Origin: Octopus vulgaris | Taxonomy: Eukaryota | Reading direction: 5' to 3' | Assembly: GCA_951406725.2 (NCBI GenBank) | Contig: OX597814.1 | Location: forward strand, 200,508,001-200,572,000 | Length of the DNA: 64,000 nt | Shown: in pieces, positions 12,672 to 26,068 of the stretch | Numbering within the stretch: the stretch's first letter is position 1 | Layout of the letters: each line of letters opens with the position of its first letter | The notes under the pieces: model-generated | The model's input: only the letters and a program-made list of their open reading frames with translations | Databases searched by the model: none | Told to the model about the DNA's origin: nothing | Made by a program: the position numbers and the translations under genes

Positions 12672-13930
12672 AATAATCCTTTCTACAGCAGGCAAAAGGC
12701 CTGAAATTTTAGGGGAGGGGACCAGTCGGTTAGATCAACCTCAGTACATAACTGGTACTTAATTTATCAACCCCCAAAAGAATGAAAGGCAAAGTTGACA
12801 ATGACGGCATTTAACCCTTTCGTTACCAAACCGCCCAAAGCCGCCCAAATTTACCTATTCATATTTAAATGAGAATATCAGAGCAAATCTCTTTAGTACA
12901 TTCGTGAAAACACGTGATTATGCTTCGTAAACAGTTAATCTACAGTTTTGTACAACGATCAACGTGTAATTTTAATTCCCTGAATTTTGGGAGATTTTTT
13001 TCCACATTTTTTTCGGCATCGATTTTTCTTCAACTTTGAAAATGGATAGGAGTTTCATGTTATCAAGCATTGATTCCGAATTGGAAAATTTGTGAAACAA
13101 ATACTGGGTACTGTTGTGGATTTAGTTTTTATACAGGGAAACTAATGTTAGTGAGCATGGCTTAGGGTATGATGTGGTCTGGAAGTTATTGTTTGAAGCG
13201 ATTAATGCAGAAACAAACTTACGCAGAATGTAAACAAACACAAAATGGGGGTTCAAATTTCGGAAAATTTGTGAAGCAAATACTGGGTACTGCGTGGATT
13301 ATGTTTTTATACAGGGAAAATAATGTTAGTCAGCATGGCCTAGGGAACGATGTGGTCTGGAATTTATCACTTCCATACCATAACCAGGGCCGTATATTAT
13401 TTTTTGACTGATTTCTTTAGTTCGGTCAAACTTACTGTGGATTCCAGTATTTCACTTTATTCCACCTTCATGGTACACCTGTTGTGAATTAAATTCAACT
13501 GATGATATAGTGATGTGCACAATTCTTCTTTATCAAAATTTTGTTACATACCCATTTGAATATTAGCTGATGATTCATTTTTTATAGTGATGTTTAAACA
13601 AAATTTTAATATTTTGCTCAATTTACCTAGATTTACCTGTAATTAAAGTCACTTTGAGACAAAAGTTATGCAATAGAATTGATTAAGAACCCTTTCTTTA
13701 ATTATGTTCCAAATATCACATTAAAATGTTGATAAGTAAAAACGTTACAGTTATTTAATGAAACAAGCCTAGATTCATGATTATTTTAGAATTTAATTGA
13801 AACACATGAGGGGTGTATTTTGGTCAGAAATATAGTAACGAAAGGGTTAAACTCAGAATATCAAGACAGACGAAATACTGCTAATCATTTCACCTGCCAT
13901 GCTAATGATTCTGTCAGTTCGCCACCTTGC
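12672..13930 (-). mobile_element. SINE of the gtcgactttgcc family split by a piggyBac insertion
   Basis: Halves 12672-12810 and 13851-13930 rejoin into the consensus seen at 61786-62000. Confidence 0.8.
12815..13846 (+). mobile_element. Internally deleted non-autonomous piggyBac
   Basis: TTAA TSDs at 12811-12814 and 13847-13850; TIR ccctttcgttac/gtaacgaaaggg; transposase remnants ICETNTGYCCGFSFYTGK, HGLGYDVVW and YHNQGRILF..DFFSSVKL; internal ~100-bp duplication at 13081 and 13261. Confidence 0.9.
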
Positions 13931-14169
13931 TGCTAACAATAATAACGAACATAGCAACAACACAGACATGTTGACTTCCAGACACATGTTCAAGTTAATT
14001 AGTATGATGACAGACTAAATGGAAACAGAATATTCAGTTTTTCACCATAGCATTCAAGTAGGCAACTTTCAAACCCATGAGAGAACCTCTACATAGAAAC
14101 TTTAGATGAAAGAAATAGAAGCCAAAACTCATAAAATCATACTCTGCAGCCACAGCAAACTGGAACTCA

Positions 14170-14478
14170 ATTGATTATGACAATGAGGATTCCAGTTGAT
14201 CTGATCAATGGAACAGCCTGCTCATGAAATTAACATGCAAGTGGATGGACACTCCATGGACAAACATATCCTTATCATAATTCTCAGAGAGATTCAGTGG
14301 GACCCAGATTATGACAAACCTGGCTCTTTGAATTACAAAGTACAACTCATTTTTACCAGCTGAGTGGACCAGAGCAATGTGAAATGAAGTGCCATGCTCA
14401 AGGAGACAATGCGCTGCCTGGAATCAAACTCACAACCATGAGCTGAATACACTAACCACTAAGCCAGACATCTTCACA
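14170..14478 (-). mobile_element. CORE-type SINE with the tail module of the 20665 SINE
   Basis: Minus-strand head ggcttagtggttag...ttgagcatggcacttcatttcac; tail matches 20880-21040. Confidence 0.75.
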
Positions 14479-14595
14479 CCGCATCAAACAATATAATTCT
14501 GGGTACATAAAAAGATGAGGTAGTCAGAGCTAGAACATCCTTGTTGCTAGATTACAGCTTACTTGCAACTAAGCAACAAAAATATTTAGCTATGT

Positions 14596-14832
14596 GTCAT
14601 CATCATTTAACATCCACTTTCCATGCTAGCATGGGTGCCAGGAGGCTGCACCAGGCCCAGTCTGATCAGGCAGTGCTTCTACAGCTGGATGCCCTTCCTA
14701 ACGCCAACCACTCCATGAGTGCAGTGGGTGCTTTTTACGTGCCAGGCGAGGCTGGCAACGGCCACGATCGGTTGGTGCTTTTTACGTGCCACCAGCATGG
14801 AGGCCAGTCGGGGCGGCGCTGGCAACAGCCAC
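14596..14832 (-). mobile_element. RTE 3'UTR-derived repeat
   Basis: catcatcatttaacatcc...gatgcccttcctaacgccaaccactcc. Confidence 0.85.
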
Positions 14833-15020
14833 AAAACAGACTTGACATGGGCTCCTCACCACTATCTTCCAGTTTATGTTACTATTGTAACATTCAGTGA
14901 ATGCTTTAATGTTTTGCTGCTTGTCAATGCCATGGTAACAATATCTTTCATTCCTCAATCAATGTTTTAAACATCTACATTTGTTTTTCCTTGGCACATT
15001 CGTATTTCCTACATCTAGAC

Positions 15021-15625
15021 CAGGGGTTCCCAAACATTTCTTCTAGTACACTCCTTTATTATATCCAGGAGTGTTGGGGCATCCTATAGGAAATGTAAGA
15101 TAAAAAGGACTGGATACTATAGAACAAATAACAGACATATATTATTTAATATTACTTTAATTTAAGAAGTTCAAGTAATTCTTCTGGGGTCAGTTAAGTA
15201 CAAGAGCCAAATTCTTGGCCTTGTGCTTTTGCAAGAAAATTATCTCATTTAATGTTGCATTTTCATACAATCTAATTCAATTCTGTGTAGAAACACTGCC
15301 AGATCAGACTGGAGCCTGGTGCAGCCTCCTGGCTTCCCAGACCCCGGTCGAACTGTCCAACCCATGGAAAATGGACATTAAATGATGATGAATTCTAAGT
15401 AGTTTCAGAAGGATTCACTTGCAAATTATTCTCCATTATCACCATGAAATTTCATTTTTAGTATAAACATTGCTGAAAAACCTTTCTTCACAATAAGTGG
15501 ATGAGGACATTTTCTAAATACAATAGCTATATATAATTAACTGGGATTTACAAATCTTCAATACCCTACAATTTCTCTTGCATACCCCTTCAATTAGATG
15601 TACACTGATTTTGAAGCCCCCTAAC
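15021..15625 (-). mobile_element. hAT (Charlie-like) DNA transposon relic with an inserted RTE tail at 15285-15390
   Basis: caggggttcccaaac terminal motif at 15021; minus strand 15470-15510 gives a broken STY.CE.GFSAM-like hAT dimerisation motif. Confidence 0.45.
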
Positions 15626-15771
15626 CAATAATATTAAACATTCCACTCTCACTTCTGTGAAAAGACTAACATTATCATAAATTCAAACCTCGTTATTATA
15701 TTTTGTCCAAAGCAAAGCACCCATGTCTGGTTACTCCATTTATATCACATATATATAAATGGAGTATGTGT

Positions 15772-15810
<39 letters not shown>

Positions 15811-15815
<5 letters not shown>

Positions 15816-16015
15816 AGAGTTTACGAAAAAAAAAAAAAGACGGAGACAGGTGGTGTACAAAACAAGCAGATGTATTAGTGTAACGCTCAGGAATAGAAAA
15901 AGCCTTTTACGTTTCGAGCTTACACTCTTCTACAGAAAGGAACACAGAAGAAACAAGGAAAGAAAAAATATGTGTAGTGGCTAACGATCTATCATGGCGT
16001 CTGATAGATCGTTAG
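15811..16015 (-). mobile_element. Penelope-type pseudo-LTR fragment in a (TA)n tract with HHR-like motif and terminal hairpin
   Basis: Minus 15903-15940 reads CCTTT CTGTAGA aGAG tgtaag CTC GAAACGTA AAAGG; perfect 14-bp inverted repeat at 15981-16015. Confidence 0.6.
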
Positions 16016-16254
16016 ATATATATATCAATGTTTAACATCCATATCCGTTAGATATATATATCATCGTTTAACATCCATCTTCTATGCTAGTATAGGTGGG
16101 ATAGCACCATAAGAGCTGGCCAGGCTGAAGCCTGTACCATAATTCTGTGACTGTATTGGCAGGATTTTTACAGCTGGATGCCCTTCCTAACACCAACCAC
16201 CAAGCAGAGTGGACTTAGTGCTTTTTATGTGGCACAAGCACAGGAGAGGCCATT

Positions 16255-16760
16255 CAAAGTAGACCCTGCACATGGTTCCAGCAAGATGGGGGCAACTGCT
16301 CATACTGCAAGAGAAACAATGCAGTTGCTATGGCAATACTTTGGAGAGAGAGAAATTTCCCACTATGGTAATGTCAACTGGCCTTCACATTCCCCAAACT
16401 TGACTAGCCTAGATTTTTTTCTTGTGGGGATACCTGAAAGAGAAGGTTTATGTCAACAAACCAGAGACCCTGGCTCAATTGAAGGAGAATATCAATAGAG
16501 AAATCAGAGAAGTGGGGTCTGAAATTCTTGAGGGTGTTATGGTGCAAGTTTTGGAAAGAGCACTGGTGTGAAAAGCCAAAAATGGCTGCCATTTCAGCAA
16601 TGACATTTTTCATTTGATATAGGGGTGTTGCAAAATTTGACTTCTGCATATTAATTTCCATTATGTTCTTTATATTGTACGAAAATTTCATGCATTTATT
16701 TATAAAGTTAAGGAAGTTATTAAAAATTAAAACACATCAGTGACTTTTGGGACATCCTGT
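16255..16760 (+). pseudogene. 3' half of a DD41D (rosa/Visitor) Tc1/mariner transposon with right TIR
   Basis: WFQQDG, a frameshift, then ATAHTA...WPSHSPNLTSLDFF with 41 residues between the two Asp; TIR-like end ttttgggacatcctgt. Confidence 0.8.
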
Positions 16761-16793
16761 GTGTGTGTGAGTGTATATATATATATATATATA

Positions 16794-18069
16794 CGAGGGG
16801 CGTTCAATAAGTAATGCCCCTGACCCACTTCCCATAGCAGTAGAGCAACGAAACTTGGCACAGTTATTAGTCTTTTTCTACATAGGAAGCACCCAGAGTT
16901 ACGCATTTCACCCATCGTTTGATGCGGCTCCGGAGACCGTTTTTGTAGAAGAACCCAGCTTGGCCCTCCAACCTGAACTTGACTTCAGAAATCAAGGCTG
17001 CATCATCTGGGAAACACTTTCCTTTCAAAAACAACTTCATGACTGGGAAGAGGTGAAAATCAAGAGGGTGCAAGGTCAGGAAAGTAGGGGGATGGGAAGG
17101 AGTTCATAGCCATACGCCTGTGCTTCTGATCTGGCGACAAGCAAGTTGTGGACCGGAGCGTTGTCCTGCAGGAGGAGGATGCCTTTGCTGATCTTGCCCT
17201 GCCTCTTGATTTTGATAACTTCTCTTAATTTCCTCAAAAGTGAAGCATAATAGGCTCCTGCAATTGTGGTACCCTTTGCCAGGAAATCTGTCATCACTAC
17301 TCCGTCCTGGTCCCAGAAGACTGTGAGCATGACCTTGCCAGTGGAGGGCTGCACCCTTGCCTTCTTTGGAGGGGGTGAGTCACGGTGCTTCCACTGCATT
17401 GACTGGGCTTTGGTCTCTGGATCATCGTGATGGACCCAGGTTTCATCCTGTGTAATCAGTCTTTTGAAAAATTTTGACTCATCTTCTTGGCACATCTCCA
17501 AATTCACCCTCGAGCACTCGACGCGTTCTTGCTTCTGGAAAGGCGTGAGCAACCTGGGAATCCATCTGGCAGATACCTTTTGCATATGCAAATGGTCATG
17601 AATGATAGTTTCCACAGACCCGGTACTAATCTTGACCTCATGGGCTATTTGGCGAATAGTTATGCGTCGATCTTCCAAAATGGCAGCCTCAACTTGACGG
17701 ACAGATGCCTCATCAATGGCAGAAGGGGGCGACCAGATCTGGGAGCTGTTTCCACAGAGTTCTGACCACGTTTGAATTCACGATGCCAGCGTTTTACAAG
17801 GTCATATGATGGGGCATCATCACCATAAGTTACTTTCATTTCATCAAAAGTCTCCCCTGGTGTGTGTCCTTTCCAATACAAAAACCGGATCACTGCTCGA
17901 CACTCAACAGGCTCCATTTCACACTTGACTCAGTTCAAACACCTGTTAATCAGAAACCACAATTAATTCAGAACTGTAATTTGCCACTTACTCTATAGAG
18001 ATATAAATGATTGCACATGCAAAATTTCAGCTAGATCAAACAACTGCAAGTGGGTCAGAGGCATTACTT
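16794..18069 (-). mobile_element. Mariner transposon, probably irritans subfamily, inserted in (TA)n
   Basis: TIR cgaggggcgttcaataagtaatgcccctgacccactt; partner aagtgggtcagaggcattactt (18048-18069) lacks its outer ~15 bp; the cgagggg start recalls Hsmar2. Confidence 0.93.
16867..17917 (-). pseudogene. Mariner transposase split by two frameshifts
   Basis: ORFs 17660-17917 (HTH, PRSGRP), 17076-17678 (WIPRLL, DETW, QDNAPVH) and 16867-17073 (PLDFHLF...YVEKD). Confidence 0.93.
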
Positions 18070-19299
18070 GTGTGTATATATATATATATATACTCTCACA
18101 CACAGGCTGAAGTAAATTGTTCAGAGATGACACCAACAGAAAAACAATAATCACATTTTACTGAAATAGTCTAAAAGGCTGAAACACATCTGGAGTTGTT
18201 TCCAACTGTTAATGAAGCAATTAAATATTAGTCATTGTATTTTCATAATGACAATCACTTTTGAACTGTTTGCTTCAGTCTACCAAAAACAGGTTCAGCT
18301 TTTACTTCAACATTGAATGCTTAGAAATAAGAAGCACAATCAAATTGTAAAGACAATTTTCTTACAAATAAACAATCCCATCTATGCCTCCAGACATAAA
18401 TGGATGTAAATCAAATGCAAAAGGTAGTATACTCAAACACTTTCCCATCTAATGCCAACATTGTGACAATGTCAACTAGGTTTAGCTTTCATATGAAAGG
18501 AAGTAACCAATGTATATTTATTTCTAATGGCCATTATATGATTCATTGTTTCTAAATGTCAAACATCTTTCAAACTAACTTTATGATGATTTTCAATAAA
18601 ATGTTGTGTGTGAATAAATATGAATATATATGAAAGTAGAGAGAGGAGACAAAGAAAAAGAGAGAGAGAGATGATCACAGTTTCAAAGCCTGGACAATCC
18701 TTTTTCAAGAAAGCATTGATAAAGGGTATCCACTTGTAAAACCATCTACTGCAAGAACGTCTTTATCTACTTAAATTTGAAAGCCTGGGATGGTTGACTA
18801 AATTTGATAAAGGAAAGACTTATTTAACTGTAACATGGGATATTCAAACACGAGACTGTTTGAATAATAAAAAAAAAATAAGAATGAATATTTTCTACAT
18901 AAATGGTTCTCAATTTTTCTAACTTTGATGATTACTAGAGATAACACATATGGAAAGTAAAAAGAAACAATTCAGCTTTAAAATAAAAATCAACCCATTC
19001 CTGCCAACCACTAGAAAACTATTGCTTACCTTGTTTTACATACCTGCCTATTTATTTATTTCTTCATTCATAGGTTTATTTTTTTATGCTACTATAGATT
19101 AGATGAATATGTTGAAACTTTTGTGTTACAGCTGGATGCCCTTTCTGTCAATTACCCTTACCTGCTTTTTCAAGTAAGGTATCTTTTATTCCACATGGTC
19201 TTCAAGGTGCAAGATGAGTCAGCAGTTTGTTGATAGAAGTAAAACAAAGAAATGCAGAGGGACACACACACACCAACACCAGTTGTCAAGTGGTAGTGA

Positions 19300-19955
19300 G
19301 GAACACACACACACACACACACACACAATGGGCTTCTTTCAATTTCTCTCTGCTAAATCCATTCACAAGGTTTTGGTCAGTTTGAGGCCATAGAAGAAGG
19401 CACTTGCCCAAAATGCCACACAGTGGGACTGAACCTGGAACCATGTGGTTGGAAAGTAAGCTCCTTATCATACACTCAATGCTTGTACTTTATTCAGTTT
19501 CTACGCGCCAAATCTACTCCCAAGGCTTTCATTGGCCAGGCCTACAATATACAACAAAATTATGAATAAACACATTTTGCAAGATGCTTGAGAACATACT
19601 TTCTTTTATTCTTTTACTTGTGTCAGTCATTTGACTATGGCCATGCTGGAGCACTGCCTTTTAGTCGAAAAAATAAATCTCAAGACTTATTCTTAGTAAG
19701 CTTGGTACTTATCCTATTGGTCTCTTTTGCCAAACTGCTAAGTTACGAGGACATAAACACACCAGCATGTGTTGTCAAACAGACACACATATTTACGACA
19801 GGCTTCTTTTCACTTTCCATCTACCAAATCTACTCACAAGGCTATCATTGGCCTGAGGCTGTAGTAAAAGACACTTGCCTAAGGTGCCAAGCAGTGGGAG
19901 TGGACCAGAAACCATGGGGTTGGGAAGTAAGCTTCTTACCACACAGCCCTGCCTG
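19300..19955 (-). mobile_element. Two tRNA/CORE-like bipartite SINE copies
   Basis: 19325-19470 is a head only and 19600-19955 is full; both are reverse complements of the 6455 family. Confidence 0.85.
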
Positions 19956-20664
19956 TTTGACATTACTATGTCTTTTCTGAAACCCTAAATTATATTTTTA
20001 AAACCACTTATGGTACAACATTTGGGGACTAGTGGACTACGCTCATAAGTATACTAAATATAAAGTAAAAAATATTACTAATTCATCTTATATTATATGA
20101 ATGTCTGAAAATTCTTAGTTGAAATTTATTCCTGGTATTAGTATTACATATTTTTCTCCTACCAGCAGACACTCATTGTAAATAGTATAACCATCTAACA
20201 ATAACCAAACTAATGTAATTAGTTTTCGATGTAGATTATATCTGAATTCATGTCACAAAAAAATATAAATTATGCCAAATATATGTGCAATTTATAACCA
20301 TTTATCTAGATTTGCCATTTCCAGACATTCATAATATACAAAAAGAAATCCAAGACTCAGAATCTAATCTCTCTTTGAAATGAAAATAACATCTATCAAG
20401 GTAACCTTATTTTAAAAACTAATAAAGCTGCCTTTATGCAGTCACTCAGCCTAAATGAAATGGCAGTCAAAGCATTTCTACCACAGCTAAGAGTAATGAA
20501 ACAGGATGGACATATTGGATACTGTTGGCCAAGAAAGAATATTTGAAGGAAGAGTGTTGGCAGAAATGTCTGAACAAGGGGTCAAACAACAACAGCACAA
20601 ACAACAATGGTTCAGACTGGCATATATCCAATCTTATGTCAGACACAGTTTACTTTCCTTTAAT

Positions 20665-21053
20665 TAGTGGAGGCGCAATGGCCCAGTGGTTAAGGCAGCG
20701 GACTCGCAGTCGTAGGATCGCGATTTCGATTCCCAGACTGGGCGTTGTGAGTGTTTATTGAGCGAAAACACCTAAAAAGCTCCACGAAGCTCTGGCAGGG
20801 ATGGTGGTGATCCCTGCTGTACCCTTTCACCACAACTTTCTCTCACTCTTACTTCCTGTTTCTGTTGTACCTGTATTTCAAAGGGCCGGCCTTGTCACTC
20901 TCTGTGTCATGCTGAATATCCCCGAGAACTACGTTAAGGGTACACGTGTCTGTGTAGTGCTCAGCCACTTACACGTTAATTTCACGAGCAGGCTGTTCTG
21001 TTGATCGGATCAACCGGAACCCTCGTCGTCGTAACCGACAGAGTGCTTCCAAG
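20665..21053 (+). mobile_element. Young tRNA(Arg)-like SINE (resembles octopus OR1 class)
   Basis: tggcccagtggtt A box, ctcgca anticodon loop, ttcgattccc B box; 13-bp TSD actttcctttaat at 20652-20664 and 21054-21066. Confidence 0.9.
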
Positions 21054-21464
21054 ACTTTCCTTTAATACTTAACTCACATAATTAACTAAAGTACCTTGAC
21101 CAGTGTGTTTGCAGATTAATTAACGTACATAAACATTGATATGATGTAGGATTAATTAGAGATATCTTCAACATATTATTAGTTTCCTTAATAAACATGA
21201 GCTCATTTGCAAAAAGTGGGTAAATATATGCTTGTTAATTCCATGCATGTAAATATATTAATTTAGTGAATTTAATTTTAATTAAAATGGAACAAAAGCT
21301 TGAGCAATGCTTTCCCTCATCACCATTTAATGTCCACTTTTCAATGCTTGCATCAGTCAGGCAGAATTTACTGAGTCAATTTTTCTATGGCTGGATGTCC
21401 TTCCTGTTGCCAACCCTCTCTTGTTTCCAAGTAAGACTTGAAGTGAACAGGTTTGTTTACATCT

Positions 21465-21722
21465 AACCTGTGTGTGCAACTGACATGTAAAAAACACCTT
21501 TTGAGCATGGTCATTGCCAGGACTACCTGACTGGTCCTTGTGCCAGTGGCATGTAAAAGCACCCACTACACTCTCGGAGTGGTTGGTATTAGGAAAGGCA
21601 TCCAGGTGTAGAAACTCTGCCAGATCAGATTGGAGCCTGGTGCAGCCTTCTCGTTTGCCAGTCCTCAGTCAAACTGTCCAACCCATGCTAGCATGGAAAA
21701 CGGACATTAAACAACAATGATG
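21465..21722 (+). mobile_element. RTE 3'UTR-derived repeat
   Basis: Matches the 44654 and 47790 copies. Confidence 0.85.
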
Positions 21723-21812
21723 ATATCATCATCATATATATGTGTGTGTGTGTATGTGTGTGTGTGTGTGTGTGTACATACCATATATATATAAACGATG
21801 ATGATGATGATA

Positions 21813-21859
<47 letters not shown>

Positions 21860-21862
<3 letters not shown>

Positions 21863-23420
21863 TATATTAAATTAGAGATAAAACCACTATTAGGCAAATC
21901 AAACAGTGAAAAACATAAGCCAATACATAAAATTAATTAAAAAATATAAAAGTTAAAAATTAAAAAATTATTTAAATAAATTAAACTTATAAATTTTAAA
22001 TATATATATATACAAATATATATATATATATATGTATGTATATTTTTATATATTATTTTATTTATTAATTTTTTTTTTATTATTATTATTACTTTTTTTT
22101 AAAATTCTAATATTTTATAAGTCTTTGGTGTAATAATATTTTTCTTATGTAAATATCGTTGTTTATGTAATGATCAAATTATCGTAATTTTCTATATAAT
22201 TATTAGATATTAAATTTAAGTTTATTCATAAGATATTACTTAGCGATACATATGTTGTTTGATAGTAAGTATACGAGTTGTCTAAAGTTAGGTTTATGTA
22301 TATACATATATTAATAGTATTAATTGTAGTTTTAATTTTCTTATAATTAAAATTAGATATGTTTCGACCAAAGATTGGTCCAGGCAATGTCTAACTTAGT
22401 TTTTGTCTTTTTAAATTGATATTTGCTAATATTCCCATTGATAAATATATTTATAGTATTTATTCGATACTATATAACTACGAATTGATTATTTCTATAA
22501 GTATTTTAAATAAGATTTCCGAAAGTTCGTTTAAGTTTGTTAGTTTGTATTTTTGAAATTAGCTATTTCATCTTTAAATATGTAAAATTAATTTATTAGG
22601 TCTTTATTATATGTGCATATATATTTATAGAGATTATTTTAGATCTTAATTATAATATTTATATACATTTATATATATTCATCGATAATTTATATATAAT
22701 AGTCTTTTTTTTTTTTTTAATATTTATGTAATTAGATATAGACTATTACCGATATTAGATTATTGGTGGGTTTCTTACCTTAAAAATTAAAACTAATATT
22801 CAACATTATAATCGATTTTGATATAATCATAATTGTTAAGTTTTAAGTTTCTAGTTTGATAATAGAGTTTATTATAAGTAAAATTATTATATTATTTATA
22901 TCGTAAAAAATATTGTTGAAATATTTCTGATTATTTTTAAAATATTTCAATTAACCTGAAGATTGACTGTAACCATAACTCGAATTATTAATTGAATTTA
23001 AATTATTGTTATTCGAATTGGTACAGCCATGAAACGATCGTAGTGTTTTACTCTTTATCTTTTATTAAACTTTTAATACTTTTGATATTTATATATATAT
23101 ATATAAAAAATAATAAATAAATAAATTAATAAATAAAATAATATATAAATATAAAAATATACATATATATATATATTTGTATATATATATATATATATTT
23201 AAAATTTATAAGTTTAAATTATTTAAATAATTTTTTAATTTTTAACTTTTATATTTTTAAATTAATTTTATGTATTGGCTTAATTGTTTCACTGTTTGAT
23301 TTGCCTAATAGTGGTTTTATCTCTAATTTAATATAATATAATATATTTATACTATAAAATTGGATTTAATCCTAAATCTAATTTTTCCCTGTAAGTTTGG
23401 ATTTATTCCCTAATATTATT

Positions 23421-23427
<7 letters not shown>
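21860..23427 (+). mobile_element. Extremely AT-rich Penelope-like non-autonomous element between (TA)n tracts
   Basis: About 230-bp inverted repeat (21860-22090 vs 23105-23337); HHR-like core at 22956-23042. Confidence 0.65.
22956..23042 (+). ncRNA. Hammerhead-like motif with long stem II
   Basis: CTGAAGA; tgactgtaacca/tggtacagcca plus tcgaat/attcga stem II; GAAA; palindromic ACGATCGT stem III ending in GUA; stem I poorly paired. Confidence 0.55.
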
Positions 23428-23454
<27 letters not shown>

Positions 23455-23789
23455 CATGTAAACCCATGGTCAAATTCCTATTCATTAATCTAAAATAATT
23501 CTTCACTCACCTTTTGCTTAGTTTGACATTAAAAAAAATACATACCTCTATTTTACTCTTAACTATGGAATATAATTACTTATCACATCCCCTTTACATT
23601 ACTATATCTTACATTATCTTTGTACATTTTTCTTTAACATTTCCTTCTCACAATAGCATGACCCACCATATATAGGACTATCACTTTATCTATCTCCCAC
23701 TACACTTCTCTCTATATGTTTGGATAAAAGAAATTATATATTTCCTTACTATGTAATATACCTATAATTTTTTTATTCTATTTTATTTA

Positions 23790-24265
23790 CATAATGTGTC
23801 CATGTACCCCTTTTTTCTGCACTTCTCCTCCCTGCTCAACATACCCATTACAACAATTACTGGTTTATGTTATTTGTTACTATACCTTATAATTATGTAT
23901 GTGCATACACATATGCACACATGTATGCACATGTACTTCTTGGTGTCCTACATGTCTACACCCATGTATGCACATCTAGGTATGGATCTCATGTTGTATA
24001 TGTGTGCATATCTATAGATGTGTTTGATTTTTTTCTTTTTTATATGCAGGTACTGACGTATATTAATATGTATTTGTTACTTCTCACATGCACACATAGT
24101 ACTTTTTCATGTCCTACATGTCTACACCCATGTATGCACATCTAGGTATAAGATCTTATACATTATCTATATGTGTATATCCATAGATATGTGTTTGATT
24201 GTTATATATAGGTACTAACATGTATATTAATATAAACGTGTGTACCTGTGTATATATGTATGTTT

Positions 24266-24302
<37 letters not shown>

Positions 24303-24480
24303 TATTATGTATGTGTATTTATATGTGTGTTGCCCCTTCACTCCCTACACTGGTATGGGTATATCTGTATTGTGTTTTTTTATATGTATACCTTAATCGT
24401 GCATCTACAAGAGTTCCTGTATCTATATGTGCAAATGTGCCTCTACACATGTATGAATAAATATACACACTCTTCTAATT
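23790..24480. repeat. Low-complexity TA/TG/CA region with an imperfect direct repeat (23925-23990 vs 24088-24155)
   Basis: tgtcctacatgtctacacccatgtatgcacatctaggtat occurs twice. Confidence 0.8.
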
Positions 24481-26014
24481 AGATTATATTTCTCCTATAT
24501 TATGTGTAAATAAATCTTTTGTACACTTATGTGTACCCGGCTACTTGTACTTTTTCTTATATCCTTACTGGCACTACACCCCTACAGTTTGAATACCACT
24601 AAGACCTTACTACCAATACATATCCTTCTCACATAATACTAAGCTAGATTATTAGCTCTAAAATAATCCTTTTTTATATATACATAAAAACTCACTTAAC
24701 CTAATATCAATATCCTATGCTCTATTTATTTTTTCGCTCCTCTTCCTCTGCTCATTTATCTCCCCTTCATTTATTTCTTTTTTTAGTATACCTATCTTTA
24801 TTTCCAATTTCACTTCTTTATAGACATAGCAAGTACATACTATTTTAATTGTAATATTAACAGCCGTTTTTCTGTTTTACTTACTTTTTTCGGCTTCATC
24901 ATTAATACATATTACCTAATATGATTTTTTATGCAAACATGAGTCCCTTATATACATCAAACTCTCTCTTTAAGTCATTCTTATCCCTCTATTTCTCCTA
25001 CCTTTTGTTTACATTATACCACCTCCTCACACTAAACTTCATTCTTATGTATAGAAATTTTAAAAAACTACATTATACTACGTCATGATTTTAACACTTA
25101 GCTCATCTTTTAATTCAAACCTAGGAGTGTCTTTCCACTGGACATTTCTAATACATATTTGCACTACACTACTTATTTAGAATTTAAATCTAATTTCCAT
25201 ACTCATCTATAGAGAGAATGTAGATGAATTAGTGATATTAAACTTTTTTTTTTTTCAAATTATATAATAGCATATTAATTATACAATTATAGTATTTTTG
25301 CAATGTTGAGAAACCTAAATTTTATTTGCAAAGCCAAAAGTAACATAAAACTAAAAGCATATTAAAAAAACAAGTTTTCCGAAAATATCAGATCTCAGAC
25401 AAATCTTTTTCCCCGACATTCATTCTTACTCCAATTCATTTAGGATTAGGGGATGGAAAATGCTCACAAAAACAAAAAGACATTGGTACCTACAAACATT
25501 TGAATAAAGTAATCTGACAATATAGTTCTTAGAACAGCAAGATTTACTTTGGAAGTAAAAAAAAAATGCAATTGATTGATTTTAGTGACATTTAGATTTG
25601 ACAGACTGATTTGTTTTGACTTTAAAAAAACAAATTTCAAGATTTCCATTATAATCTTGCACAAAACTTTTATTGAAAATATAACTATCAAATTTCTTTG
25701 TTGTAACTTACATGAGTGACTTAGAAGATCAGAAAGGGAAAGATGATTGTAACTGTGGAAGAGAACTTTCATGTGCCAGAGTAGTACATAATAGGGGAAA
25801 GAGAGAGAGAAAGAGAGAGAAGGGGATAAAAAGTTTATATAAGTGATGTAGATTAAATAAAATGTCTGACTATTAATTCAGTCAAAGCTTCAGCTTTTTG
25901 CAATAAAATAGTGTGTATAGGTGTATATAAATTGCATTTCAACCATTAGATGTGTGTGTGTGTGTGTGAAAAGTCATATAACTCAAAATGAATTTTTCTG
26001 TCCTTCAAACAAGG

Positions 26015-26068
<54 letters not shown>

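Noticed and set aside
16756-18107. Outer inverted repeat cctgtgtgtg..gagt.tata flanking the mariner
   Set aside because: Made mostly of TG/CA and TA microsatellite, so chance complementarity is likely
23796-24482. Several 60-90 aa ORFs rich in Y, I, M, C and H
   Set aside because: Translations of TA/TG/CA low-complexity sequence
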